DNA from: Pavona decussata
Lineage: Eukaryota
DNA: 64,000 nt
Assembly (NCBI GenBank): GCA_977016875.1
Contig: CDRNST010000122.1
Location: 2,480,001-2,544,000 of the forward strand
Reading direction: 5' to 3'
Shown here: piece after piece, positions 37,307-50,531 of the stretch
How positions within the stretch are numbered: position 1 is the first letter of the stretch
Layout: each line of letters starts with the position of its first letter
Translations under genes and position numbers: made by a program
The notes under the pieces: model-generated
What the model was told of the DNA's origin: nothing
What the model saw: the letters and a program-made list of their open reading frames with translations, nothing else
Database searches by the model: none

Positions 37307-40116
37307 TTTGATGGCAGGTCTGTTAACTAACCAAGTTTAAGTGACGCCGTTCTTCGTTGTCGGTCAAGTTACGATATTTTGTTTGTGACGTCAGTTGACT
37401 TGGAAACATGCGCGCGCAGTTGGTTTTATGTGCAAATCATGAACGTTTTTCAATTGAGTCATAAGGCCATGTCGCTCTGGCCAATCACAGCAAATGTAAA
37501 TAACACAACAAAGGGAACGAACCAATCAAAATCGACACAGAAGAAATCTCTTACCCAGAGTCCTCAGGCTCTCTGCCCAGCGATTAGGCGACCAACCGCC
37601 GGCCAAAGAGCTGAGGACTGTGGGTACGAGATTGACCAAGAAGCAAATACGTGCGTATCATTGGCGCAAGCGCAAGATAAACGCATGCAATCAATTCCCA
37701 ATTTTTTTGGTTTTTACTAAATTAATTGGTTTATAGGTAGCGCGAGATATTTAACTAGCCACATAGCGAAGTAAAACCGAAAAATCAAAGCAAATGCTAC
37801 AATTTTCTTTACTTTAAGGAATTCAATCGTCGAGCGTCCCTGCGTCCAATTTTGTTAAAGACGTTTTCCTCTCACAGCTTTCGTTATTCACAAGTCGATA
37901 AGCGGTTGTCCAAATCAAAACTACAATACGAAGGCTATTGTTTCTCTGGCGCCGTTTTCCTGACCGGCTTGTTCGGTTGAATGAAATAAATGATAAAGTA
38001 AGACCAAGATTAACCGTCTCTTGCTCCAGTATTTGCTGAAAATAAAAAAATAACAAAAAAAAAAAAAGATGTATAAAAGAAAAGAAGTGATAAACAAACA
38101 ATATTACAAATGTCACCACAGCTCCCGTCTGAATAACATGTTCGACCAAAATTAGAATTGCTACACAACCGACTTAAAAGTTGGAGCTAGCGGATTTAAT
38201 GACTCAGCAGTACCCAGCATCGTCGCTGGGAAATGGCGGGCTAATCGGAATCAGAATTGAGATTTGCCCTTCGTTATTTTGACAAATATCTCTTATACTG
38301 ATAATGAATGGATCAAATCATATCACTTCCGTTTAATTTACCGTACTTTTTAGCCCCTAAATGCCATTTCAAAACTTACACAAACGTTTTTTAAGAATAC
38401 CTTGAGGATTTGCCCAACAGAATTCGAAGCAAAGACTTTAGATCGATGTATTGAAATGCAATTTATTTTGCGATTGTTAGCTTAGGCTTTGAGAGTTTAG
38501 AATAACAGTTTATGGCAAATCGGTAGGCATATAGTCTATTGACACGGAAGGGGCGACAAAGCGGACAAAACATATCTGAACAACAGACAAAAACAACTCC
38601 AAAGAAACTACTGAGACATGCAAACATGCCACCTGATGACTAACACACTATATGAAAACAAATAACAATGCTATCTACGCTTCATAAGTCAGCGACTGTA
38701 TGTTGCAATATGTTAGTTTAGATTATAATTAAATCCCACGGATCGTACTTTAACTAAAATAAAAATATTTTTTGTCTAAAACATAAAGTATCGAGTTTAT
38801 CCAAAACTCACCCTTAAATGATAAGCTGTCTTACTTGGACGGACGACAAAACTGAGGCGACAAAAACCTGATTAGACAACCAGATGGGTGAGTGGAAAAG
38901 CAAATTTTTTTTAGAACGCTGAACTTTAAAAAACGAACAGCGAAATTTTGGACATGCGCAAACTGCAACAGATAACTCCTTAAAGTTTTCGGAATTTCAA
39001 ACGTTTAGATTGTCACTTTCCGCATATATGTCTCAGGAATATAATATTTGCTGGTTAAAGTTTTTATTCTTTAGTTAATTTAGAAAAATAATAAACAACA
39101 TTCACGGTTGAGCACGTCCAGTCAGAAGAAGCAAAATAACCAGAACACAGTTGCAATACAAAGAGTCAGGTAGTGTTGTAACTAATTCATAACCTACACT
39201 AGCAAGTTTGGCTTTTTGTCAGGTTTTCTTTTTCTTTATCATCCATTTCTTTGTTTGTGCAAATGTTTTTATCATTTGCAATTCGATAAAGAATCATCAA
39301 TTTCTGTGTGTCCAAAAAACTAACCAAATTAAACTATCAGCACCCTTAACTTTTGAAGGTGATTAATCATTTAGATACCAGTGTTTGCCTGCGGGAAAGA
39401 GATATATGATCATTTTTCCTTTTGATATTAGGAAATATATTGAAATAGGGGGCGGATCTTGTCATTCACAAAATTGTATATTTTGTAAATTTATTTTAAT
39501 TTTCAATATCGTTGTTGAATGTGCGCCATAAGTATTTTGTTAAGGGTTGTCTCGGTATGCTGATCTTTTTGCCCTTTGCTCTCGCGATTTTGACTTCAAC
39601 TTGCATCGCACTTGAATGCTGAAATAAGACCTTCTTGGCCATGTTTGAATATGCTGAGTACACCTCACACACTAGCGTTTATACAAACTGTAGCTGCTGT
39701 TCACAGTCTTGTGTCGCTTTTCAAATTTGGTCGGCTTCTCAGTCAGTGAATCGTAAATACTTTTTAACTCAATTAAAAAAAAGAATTCTACAGAAACTAC
39801 AGACTTCATAACTGAGTGCGGGAACAAATCAGGCCAAATCAAATCGTCTGAATTATATTGTTTTGTATAAATGTATTTGCCGTGTTGGAATCTCGCTGTG
39901 AAAGCTGATTTCAAGCGACCTTAGAACACAAACTTCAGTGTATGAACTAACTGGTAACGCGATGAATATTACATTATTTACACAGAGGTGGCTAATTGCT
40001 TTTGTTCTTGACTGGTTCTTTTTCCTCACGGCCCAACAATAGCCATTCATGTTTGTATTAATTGAGCGATCAACCCCTCCAGTTAGCGCTTCCTTAACCC
40101 ACAGTTCAAGTTTATT

Positions 40117-42910
40117 ATGAACTGTTTCGCCAATGACGCGACATCGGCAATTGATGTAAACATAAGCGCGCTGGCTGAATTGTCGCAACCGGAAAACCCG
40201 AGTGCAGAATTTTCAAACGAAGACGATTCACCCGTTCTTCTTGAAAATGCGTTCTATTCGCCGGGGGATTGCTCCGAGAACGAGGAAAGTCCGAAAACTC
40301 CTAAGCCGTCCATTGAGTGCGTGGTCTGCGGCGATAAGTCTTCGGGGAAGCATTATGGAGTTTTTACGTGCGAAGGTTGCAAGAGTTTCTTTAAGCGAAG
40401 CATTCGACGCAATCTATCGTACGCGTGCAGAGGTTTCAAGAATTGTCCAGTAGATATTCAACACAGGAATCACTGCCAATATTGCCGGCTCAAAAAATGC
40501 ATGAAAGTTGGCATGAGGAAAGATGGTAAGTTCACCCTCTTTTTCGTTTTTGTTTATTGCGCTACAGTTGCCACAGTAAACGGCTTCAATGTCTGTTACA
40601 CAATATCAATCTTTCTGATTTCGTTGAATGGTACTTACATGGTGTTTTAACCGGTACATCATGGTGTACCCATGTAAGACTGTGGTGTAACAAGGAAAGT
40701 GTACCACTTGAAAACCACTTCCCTGATACACGAGCTGTTCTCCTCCTTAAAATAAACCGTACGACTGAATCGACTCGGATGAATTACCTCAAACAGTGTT
40801 CCTTCACAGGAAGGTTCACATTTGTCCTTCGCTGCTCAGCTGGGAATACATTTGGGAATAGTTATTGTTCTTTCAATTCCAGTGTTACCCTTTATATACG
40901 GAAATGTTTTCTCTGTGGAAACAGTCATCCTTCAGCCTTGAACAAACCGCGTGAAAACCGTCTAATAGCGCGAGTCTCAAAATTAGTGTGTGTCTAGACA
41001 TCTACCCTTTCGTCGAAACGGTCTGCTACTCAGCCAATGCACTTTTCTTGCACGTTTCTTTTAACATCACCAGAGGTAACTTTCTTGAATTATTCCCTGC
41101 TTTAAACATACTTTATTTGGGCCATTTGCTCGAAACAACTTTTTTCCTTTGCCAATTTGATTGATGACTTCATGAGCCTTTTGGAAACGAATTTATCTAT
41201 AAGTTTTACTGTGAGGAGTTCAAAAGGTTTCGACTGAGGAAAAAGCGTAATTTCTAGCTTCCAAGCATGGTTACACCAAGTACACCCCTGAAACTAATTT
41301 TAGTCATAGTACCATTTATGGATTTTGTAAAGAATTGAAATTTTGAGGAAATTATTTGACGCTAGACGCCGTAAGTTTTGTGTTCATGGTCAGGTCCTTT
41401 TTTAAACACGGGCTGAAAATAGTTTTATCTTCTTTCTCTAACAGCTGTTCAAAAGGGCCGCATCTCAACAACACAGCCCGACCCTGCAAGCTCCATCCAA
41501 ATGGGCCTAGGAGACATGCGCAATCCACAGTCCTTTTATTCAAGCTACATAACGCTCCTGCTTCGGGCGGATACCATCGCGAGATACCAGCAATCCCTTG
41601 GGATTCCCGCCAACATTGCGGGATTAGAAACCGCTTCTGAACTTGGTGCAAGGTTATTGGTTTCCATAGTAGAATGGGCGAAGAACATTCCGTTTGTCTC
41701 CGAATTCACTCTTCCAGACCAGTCTATCTTATTACGTTCATGTTGGAGTGAATTGTTCATACTGAGCGCTGCCCAGCACTGCTCGCCGTTTCACATGGCC
41801 CAACCGCTGACTATTAGCGCCCTCACACCGCCGTCGAGTACCGACTTATTAGCCGTAAGTAGTAATGGATCAATGGCGTTCGATTCCGCTGAAAATCTCA
41901 GATTATTTGAAGAACAAGTTGAAAAGCTTAAGAATCTGCACATAGACTCTGCTGAGTTTTGCTGTCTTAAGGCTATTATTTTATTCAACCCAGGTGAGTA
42001 CGGTTGCATTGTTTGTTTATCTTCTCAGGTTATTATACATTCTCTGACCAATCTTATAGTTTTTCTAGACACTTCCTTTTGGGAATTGGTTCTGAAATGA
42101 CAATTCAAATTAAGAGTGAGCTCTTCGAGTTTTAAAATTAACAGAACGTTATTTTGTATTGAATACTAGAATGAACCGGAATGACAGATTCGATTTTGAG
42201 TTGGCTTCAGGCAATATAGAATTCTCTTAGAATTTTGAGGGAGAAGCATGAGGCTTGTTTTCTACCATTCAGATTAGCGTAAACTCCTGAGGAGTAATTC
42301 ACGGTCTGTCTTGCAATATTCAGCCCAAAAGCCAGGAATGTCTTTAGTTTCGTGGTCTTGTGCAAGAAAAGGGACATAAAACATTTCTGCAAACTTTTAT
42401 TAATTTGTTTACAGACCACAGACAAATGACCGGCCTTTCTGTACCAAATGCTGCATCTCTGAACAAACGAACAATCATGTAGAAATTCCATTCATTTGAG
42501 GTATTCTATTTTTTTTTTCAGATTCCCAAGGACTCTCCAATGCTGCACACGTGGAAGGACTTCAAGAACGATCCCAGTGTGCGTTGGAGGATTACATTCG
42601 TACCCAGTACCCTAATCAACCAACGCGGTTTGGTAAACTCCTCTTGAGGCTCCCCTCCCTGAGGCTGATTCGTCCAGGTACAATAGAGGGGCTCTTCTTC
42701 CCACCAATTGGCTTGGGAAATACGGTGGAAAGTGTTCTAAACGAACTGCTGGTTATTTCTAGTGCTCCTCAGCCTGCGCCTTCGCCGAATAATTGGCCTG
42801 GTCCAGCGGTGTTTCCCAATGGTAGCACGAGTAACATCACAAACATCAATGACATCAACAACATGAACGGCATGTCGAGCGTGAATATGAATGGTGGTAC
42901 TGTGATATAG
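40117..42910 (+). CDS. NR2F: COUP-TF-like (NR2F) orphan nuclear receptor, 448 aa
   Basis: Exons 40117-40525 ([35 protein letters not shown]...CQYCRLKKC), 41445-41993 (AVQKGR; [45 protein letters not shown]) and 42522-42910 ([30 protein letters not shown]). GT-AG introns, both phase 1, total 1347 nt. Confidence 0.93.
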
Positions 42911-43348
42911 ACATGGCTGGTATTCCTGTGCTATTCAGGAAAATTCCCGTATTTCGAAGACCAGTTCCACGAGCGAGAGCCATTCGAATGTTTTGCTGTG
43001 GAATGTAATCTTATGATGTCTGTTGTAGATATTTTCCAGTATCCATGCTACAGTTGCTTTTAGTCAATAATGATGCCATTCGTTTATTGTGCTCTAAATT
43101 GAATCATACCACAGTCAAACCACTCCCGTGCCTTACTCAAACCGCAATTGCAAAGTGGTCAATCTGGAGTTACAACGCAGTCTAAATTCGATAATACCGC
43201 TATACAACACCAAAACAACAAAATTAGTACATTTTACATTGAGTACACGGATCACTTCGTCAACAAATGTCAATCATAAAAAAAAAATTGCAAAAGATAA
43301 AATTTCGTTTTTCAGAATAATAGCAACATATAGGAAGATATTTTTATA

Positions 43349-43517
43349 CAGTCGAACCCTCGCTAACTCGCTTACTCGAACCTCTCGCTAACTCGAACCA
43401 ATTTTCCTTTCCTTTCAGGTCATTTTCCATATAATTTTACCCTCGATTTCTCGAAATCCCGATAACTCGAACCTTTTTCAATTTCCCTTGGAGGTTCGAG
43501 TTATCAGGAGTCGACTG
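43349..43517. mobile_element. TA-flanked MITE (Tc1/mariner-pogo type) with internal AACTCGAAC repeats
   Basis: TA|CAGTCGAACC...GGAGTCGACTG|TA. Confidence 0.8.
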
Positions 43518-44438
43518 TAGCCACAAAATAGTAAAGCTATAGAGTATTAAACATTCCAGAATGTCACAAAACCTGCTTGGAATTTAAGTGGTTTCCTTGC
43601 GTCTCAAGCATGTGACGTTTCAGGCAAACTATAAAATATTTCGTTAGCGTTGCAAACGAAAAAAATTTTAGGGTCGAATTAACGCCGTTTTCAATGATTT
43701 CGATCACGCTTTTTGCCTCACTTTCGGTCAGCGGTACAACGTGAGCCGCGTATGCGATAAACTCTTTCGAAAGTCGATAAGTCGATAAACTCTTTCGAAA
43801 GAAGGAATGTTCATTTGCACATGCAAAAAAGGATACAAAGGAAGCAGGAAAACGAAATATGTTTTGCCTTCAATAATGCAGACCATTTTGCAACAGAAAT
43901 TACGTAAAGGAGCCAGGACTCACAAATGAAGAGCTGTGCCGGAAATTAAACAGATGCACACTCCCTCACCCCTCCCTGCACCCTTCACAGACCTTGTACT
44001 ACGAGAATTAGTCGATTTCAGATTGCTAACTCTCCAAACTGAATTGCTCAAAATCTATAGTTTATTTCGGATCAAACTTGGTTCATACAACCGTAAATAT
44101 TAGTGGAGGTGTATTAGCATCTAATAAGGGGTTATGCCTTCAGTTAAGGGAAAAAAAAAATGTAAATCCTGATAAAAATACGAGAGATGTGCTGAACAAC
44201 AATACAAAGGCCGACGAGTAACAAGTTAAAGGAGATTTTTTATTCTATCGGATCACAAATCGTACAATATTTATTGCAATTAAAAAATATAGGACTCTTG
44301 ATGAAAATAGACTTTACTTTAGCGATAATTTTTGTAGTGTATATTAGTTTATTTAGGAAAAATAACTTTCTTCGAAGAAAAATTGAACTTTTATAACTAT
44401 GAAAGGAGAAATGCTGTTATCATATACACAGTAAAAAA

Positions 44439-44952
44439 ATATATCAACTACGAAATTTTGCCAGATTTTTTTATTTGCTTTATCAGACATGTCAAATTAG
44501 ATAAAAGATGGAATATTTAATAGACAAAGTTTTGTAGAATAGTTTTTAAATAAATTAATGTATATTAATAAAAGAGAATTTACTCCGGTTGATTAAAGTA
44601 GTAGGGCATTTTGGCTCATTTCTGTTATTTAAAGAACTATGGGGTTGGCCTTAATTTCGTAAATTTGTTATAATTTTACACAGATATCCCCTCAAATTGT
44701 TGGGAACAGCCTCCTCTCACTGAGCTACCTAAGCGGCCGGGCCTTACGAGCGGTTTGTCGTGGACGAAGTATAGTATAGTTTAGTATAGTTTTCCGTGGA
44801 CGAAGTAAGAACTCGAGTGAAGTGAAAAACGGCATTAAACAGCAAGAAAAAAAGTCAGTTTTAAACTTCTTCTATGAAGATTGATGGATTAAATAATTTA
44901 TTGACTCTTGTGATTATGCTTGACGAAAATCGCGCTGGAATGTGATTGGCTA
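44439..44952 (-). pseudogene. Internally deleted duplicate of the 3' end of synaptotagmin-like gene A (3' flank/UTR, sliver of last exon, last intron)
   Basis: Colinear similarity to 49896-50297, then 51026-51053 (GTGGACGAAGTATAG, coding in the intact gene), then 51157-51301. Confidence 0.75.
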
Positions 44953-45648
44953 TGGAATTTGATTTTGATTCTGAATTTAAAAGGCGGTTTGACATTTTGC
45001 CACGAATGACGAAAGGAAACGAAACGAAAGGATGGATTGCTTTTATAAACTACCAAACCACTAATTTGTGAAAATTGCGATCAATGTTAACCCCATCATC
45101 CAGTTGAGATGCAGATGTCTTTCAATACAGACGTAACTTGACGGCCGTTTAGCGAGTTCCAACTGTCCGCAGCTAATGGCTTTGAAAACCTCACCCCTTG
45201 ATCGTTCTCTTCCTTATTGTTCAAATAAGCTGTAAAAATATTGCCCATCACTGCAAGAAGTTCCCAACTTGGTTAAAATGTCAGTTGAGAGATTGATGGT
45301 AAATTAACGTCGCGATAGCCGCAACCCCAACCGCTACCAGGCAAAGTTTTTTCCACCATTCTTTTTCTCTCGCTTCAAATGGCTCACCAAAGGTTTGATT
45401 AAACGATTCCTGTTGGGAAAAAGAATCAGTTTTTAGATTAAATTAATTGATTAATTGATTGATTGATCAACCAGCTAATTTGCCCTTACAATTATTAGCA
45501 ATCAAGAGAATGATGCGGAATACGGAAACTTATAACAAGAGGACATTTATTGGCAACCCCGTTATTTTTGTGATAGCCGACATCTCTTTATACTATCAGT
45601 AAGAAGGCAATTGGTAAGAATAAAGCAAAAATATTCATAAAAAGGAAA

Positions 45649-45928
45649 TAGAGTGGTTTTCATTTGAGCGTGGTAAAAATCAAAACCATAGTAGTTACTC
45701 AATCTGACCAATCACAGCAAACGTAAACATTGCAGCGAGCCAATCAAAACTCGAAGCAAATAACGTAACCGGCACCAAGCGCGGGAAAACGCATGCGGGC
45801 AAGTCACGATTTTGTTTTGGTTTTGCCTTTTATTGGTTGAGAAGATTGCGAGAGTTTTGTTAACCAATCACAGAGCGTAGTAAAGCAAAACCAAAGAAGC
45901 GGCACTCATGCAATTGAAAACCGCTCTA
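45649..45928. mobile_element. CCAATCA-rich MITE-like family member
   Basis: TAGAGTGGTTTTCATTTGAG...CAATTGAAAACCGCTCTA termini; homologous to 27187-27413. Confidence 0.75.
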
Positions 45929-47646
45929 TTATGGTAAAAGCTTGAAGTAAGGATGATTGATAGTATGAGCGTAAAAGGCGAAGAAAAAAAAATGATAGTC
46001 TCTTAATAATCTTGACAAAATTAATTATTATTTATCCACTGACTTTAGTTTACCAGGAGCCCGTGGTTTGACAAGGTTTTTCCTGAAAAATTTTCGTTGA
46101 ATATTATGCCTTTGTTAGTATGCCTAGCGAAGTCACTTTGTTCAAACTTGAGAAACATTTTTACTTAAAGAGATCATGATTGCTTTTCCAAACGTTTGTT
46201 TCCCTTAACAAAGTTATAACTGTTAATTATCAGATATAAGGAATGCATTTGGTAACTTTCTCAACATGTTTCTTATCGTGAAGGTAAGGTGCGAAAAATT
46301 ACAGAACTGATTTATATTTGTTACGGTATAATGTATGCTTTATTCATGTTTGAAAAAAAAAATCTTTGCCTGAATCACTTGCCAATTTGTTTGATATGTC
46401 ACATTAACTCTGAGTAAGATTACGTAGAGATTATTTAAAAATGATGTGGCTTTTTGGAGTTAAAAAGAAGAACCGCAAGTGTACTCTCGACGTTCCACAC
46501 TCAAATAATGTTTCAGTGAGCTGATGGTCTAGTGCGCGTGTTTGACTTTGCGTCCATCGCTTACTGCAATGCAACAGGTCCTTGAGACCACTATCAGACG
46601 ATGCATCTTTTAAAGCTGCGCGACCCCCGTGTATAATATCGGTCACAAGACCATTTTTCGTCATTCTTTACTCGATCAGGTATGTCAGATTTCAAAATCA
46701 TTTGTCAACAACAATTGTATTTGTCAAGTGACAAAAACATTTTATAAAAAAACTATTAAAAACTAGCCTTTTTAAAATTTGCAGGTTTTAAACCTTTGTC
46801 ACTCAGAATTTTGCATCTTTCAGTTTCTTACATGTTTATGCTGTTTGAACTGTTTGTAAACGACGTCTTAAAAAAGATGGTTTTTTTTTACGAACATTCG
46901 CATGTTCAATTACGTTTTTAGATTTGCTCTTAGTTAGGCGTTGTTGTATAAACACAACATTTTCAACAAGTTTAAGTGACCGATCTGTTAAATTTTAAGT
47001 TGTGGCACGTTCACAGACTACCAGTTTTCCTATGCTTTTATTTTTTCTTAAACTTGTCACAAGTAGCATTTAAATTGAAATTGTCACCTTCATCTTCAAA
47101 CTACCCCAATGATGTTCAAGACCTAAAATTATCGTTAGCTACATATCATTCTTTCTTTTCTTGTTTGAACGTGCCGAAAAGTTCAATTGCACGCTCGAGG
47201 CCTCATCGTGATCACTGAGATATCAATACGACACGTTCAAAGTATGGTATTTCGCTTTCTTACCAATTAACAATCTATGAAGCCTTAAGTTTGTTCAATG
47301 CATGTACTCTGTTTTCACTAGTTTTAACCTTGGCCAGTTTCTCATTTAGATTTTCGACTGACCCTATTCCGGAATAAGAATACATACAATGATGACAAGA
47401 AATCCCTCCTAAGAGGTTTTTGAAGTTGCTTAAGTACACAAATGGTGCTATAATTATCATGCGTCTGCAAATGTATGCAGAAATTGGTCTTCCCAAATTT
47501 ACTTTATAACAAGGGAATCTAAGAGCTATTTCGCTAATTCTGTTCCTAAATACGGTCGGTCGAATGCAACCTACGAGTGACAAAAATACAAAAATTTGTT
47601 CTACGCTAGACTGATTTCAAAGACAAGTGAAAGACCAAATCGACGC

Positions 47647-47673
47647 ACAACAACAACAACAACAACAACAACA
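47647..47673. repeat. (CAA)n microsatellite
   Basis: About 8 CAA units. Confidence 0.8.
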
Positions 47674-49229
47674 GCATCTAGCGCCATTTGCTTTCGTTTA
47701 ATTCAGGTTCTGAATTGATTTCACGCGCAGGTTTGATACTGTCATCCAGTGTGCTGTACAGAGGCACGGGAAAGCCCAGTAGCTTGCGTTTAAATGATCA
47801 CAGATAGGCTTTTCACAGGTTCGCCTAGTTCACTGGTGCAACATTCGGGAATTTTATTGCGCTGTCGTCCGTTGTTATTAGCAGAGGAGACGGTTATACG
47901 AATAACGACGGCTTTCGAGGCCAAGGAAACTGTGAACTGAGTCGAAACAGAGCTGAGAATAACTGTAGGGACATTTGATATACACTATACACTCAACCAC
48001 ATCAGTGAACGAGACTCAGTTCAAAAAAATTACCTTCCGTTCTCAACGCGATAAATTTTCCAACGTTTTGAATTTATTTGTTTCTGAGACGTCAGGTTGT
48101 TGAATCATCGGCAATAATCACGATGTTTGCCACGCCTTATTTGTATGGCACTAGGCACGAAAAATTACTCTGACAATAAAGATATTTGCTTTCTGTTTCT
48201 GGTCACGTTGTCATACTTTCTCAATGAGCTATCCATTACGAATATTGCTTTCACGTTATTTTTTTTATAAGGAAATTATTGTCGCGAACCGCCTTCCACA
48301 AAATAAGGAAAAACAAGGAGATGAACAACAGGAATTTTTTTTAAAGATTTTTCTGACTCCCTTGATACCGTAACTAACACATCCTCATTTGCCTTGAAGT
48401 TTAGACGAAAATTTAAATTGCCAAGAGTTTAAGGAAACTTGATCTACTGCTATTAGTTTCTGAATTTACTAGTTTGCGTTGACATTAAGGATATTCCATA
48501 GTCTGATTTTTTATAAATCCAAAATGGCATTTTTATATCCAATCAATAATAGAAGACTTCAAAATTTTTCATCCAATAAACAACCTTTGCTTTAATTTCA
48601 GATATCAAATCGTTGCGAAATAAAGGATATTTCAATGGAATTATCCATTTGGTATCTGTCTAAAAAAGAGGAAAATAAGCCAAAGCAAACATTATTAACC
48701 TCGCTACGCGAGGAATAAATATTTATATAACTGACGGCTGACGACCGATGCAAGCCAGAGCTCATTTTTAAATTCTTCGAGGGAATTTTCCTTATCTTGT
48801 CTTAAGTTTGTTTGATTAAACTGTTCGTTCACTTTAAGTCGTAAAACCAACAGAAATTTAGCATTCTCCTCCCCCGCCGGGAGATTGAAGAGCGGTTTCT
48901 CGGAGTATATGATGATTGCACTGTTGGGAAAACCAGCGACTGATTTCCTTAACAGAAAAAAACATACAGTTGTTGCATTTAAACTGAACCCGATACAACA
49001 GGCAGTGAGTTTAAAAGGTTATTTTTTCCCGCAAATCCGTTTCGTCTCTCAGTGTGAATTTTTTCTATTCTTGTGCATCAATGTTAAGTTTGAAGCTGCT
49101 TTGTGTAGCATGAATTTGCCGGTAATAGCGTGAGGAGTTACATGCACAACATTTTTAATATTTAATTTCTTGCTTAAGATAGCAAAGTTTAGAGTCTGAA
49201 ATGTCTCAGTCCTGGTTTGACAGACTTAC

Positions 49230-49657
49230 CCAGCCGCCTTGTGAATGAATCCACGCAGATAGACTTGAAATATAATTTCCGACCCACAAAATAATCTCAT
49301 CCACGTCTTCTTGCAGCCCTTTTCGCATACTATACTGTGCGACGCAAAGATCGCGACGATTCGTCCCCAGTTAACTCCGTCGCGAAAAACCTCGTCTGCA
49401 ACTTGCACAAATTTCGATTGGGCAGAGGCCCTCACTACGTTAAGTCTATTGCACATGTTCGAGAGAACAGCCGAGTGGCGATCTTCGAGCTCGTCCGTGA
49501 GTCTTCGCAAAATCGCTGCGGTTTGATTCGGTGGAGGAGAGACTTTTCCAATGTGATACGATGCAATATCGTGTGCAAGGCTCTTAGCTTCTTCACCAAT
49601 GCGACGCACCTCCTCAATCATGTTTGACGTACGAACAGTTTCTTGCACGACTCTAGA
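49230..49657 (-). pseudogene. Frameshifted, orphan first exon of a Bcl-2-family (anti-apoptotic Bcl-2/Bcl-xL/Mcl-1 type) gene
   Basis: Contains BH4-like AKSLAHDIASYHI, BH3 LRRLTDELE and BH1 VADEVFRDGVNWGRIVAIFA, then a frameshift at 49343/49342. The other frame continues AQYSMRKGLQEDVDEIILWVGNYISSLSAWIHSQGGW and ends at the family-typical GGW|GTAAGT donor. The 5' side abuts a repeat, and no second exon was found. Confidence 0.82.
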
Positions 49658-49659
49658 GG

Positions 49660-49890
49660 CAATACAAGCGTTCCCGCGCGAACGAATTTTTCCGCATTCT
49701 GGTAGCAAGCGCTCCCGGACGAACGAATTTTTCCGCATTCTGCAGGTAGCAAGCGTTCCCGCACGAACGAATTTTTTTGCCTTCTGACCGCGCGAAAATT
49801 GGGGCGAGAGCAAAAAATCGGAGGAACGGGGTGAGGGGTGGGAGGGGGGTGGGTATAGGAGTGGGGAGGCGAGGGAACGGCGTTCGCTCA
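49660..49890. repeat. Three ~40-bp tandem units (CAAGCGTTCCCGCGCGAACGAATTTTTCCGCATTCTG) plus a G-rich tail; dispersed-repeat remnant
   Basis: Units at ~49664, ~49706 and ~49750, followed by GCGCGAAAATTGGGGCGAGAGCAAAAAA and G runs. Confidence 0.7.
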
Positions 49891-50531
49891 GTAAGATATA
49901 TCAACTGTGAGATTTTGCCACATTTTTTTATTTGCGGTAACAGACATGTCAAATTACATAAAAGATGGAATATTTAATAGACACAAAATTTTGTTAATAA
50001 AGAAAAATTTTATTCCTGTTGATTAAAGCAGTGAGGCATTTTGGCTTATTTCTGTTATTTAAGGGACTTTGAGGTTGGCAATTTTTCGTAACGGCGAGGC
50101 AATATCTGCTCATAATTTCAGAATATAAGGTTCCGCTTATTAAATTTGTGTTCCTAAATGTTTAACCAAGAATCCGAACAGATCAAGCTATTAGTTTACA
50201 CAGATATCCCCTCAAATTGTTTACCCCAGATTTATTTCTCCGTTCAAGCTTTGTGAAAACAGCTTTCCTGTCACAGAACTACCTAAGCGGCCGGGCCCTC
50301 TATCAATGAAGGCGCGGCTGCATTTGCAGGTTACCTGAAAGAGCTTGAAAGCTGTGCAGCAGTGCTTTCCGCTGGCGCTGTTTGCGCCACGTTAAAAATA
50401 TAATTTTGGATTTTTCTTCTATTTTATAACTTGATGGCCCATGGGAGGGAATGTGTTTAAGGCCCTAATCTGGATTTTCCTTATGAGTTATGATGGCTGT
50501 GTTTATGATTGTCGCTGTTGTGGTAGGAATT

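Noticed and set aside
45950-49200. Second exon (TM anchor) of the Bcl-2-like gene, or another gene
   Set aside because: No minus-strand phase-0 exon with DGF-like and hydrophobic-tail sequence was recognised, and the short ORFs here show no family motifs. A tBLASTn with the parent protein would settle it.
49660-49813. N-terminal part of the 195-aa ORF as genuine Bcl-2 sequence
   Set aside because: It translates a three-unit tandem repeat (FVRAGTLA/FVRERLL), not protein-like unique sequence.
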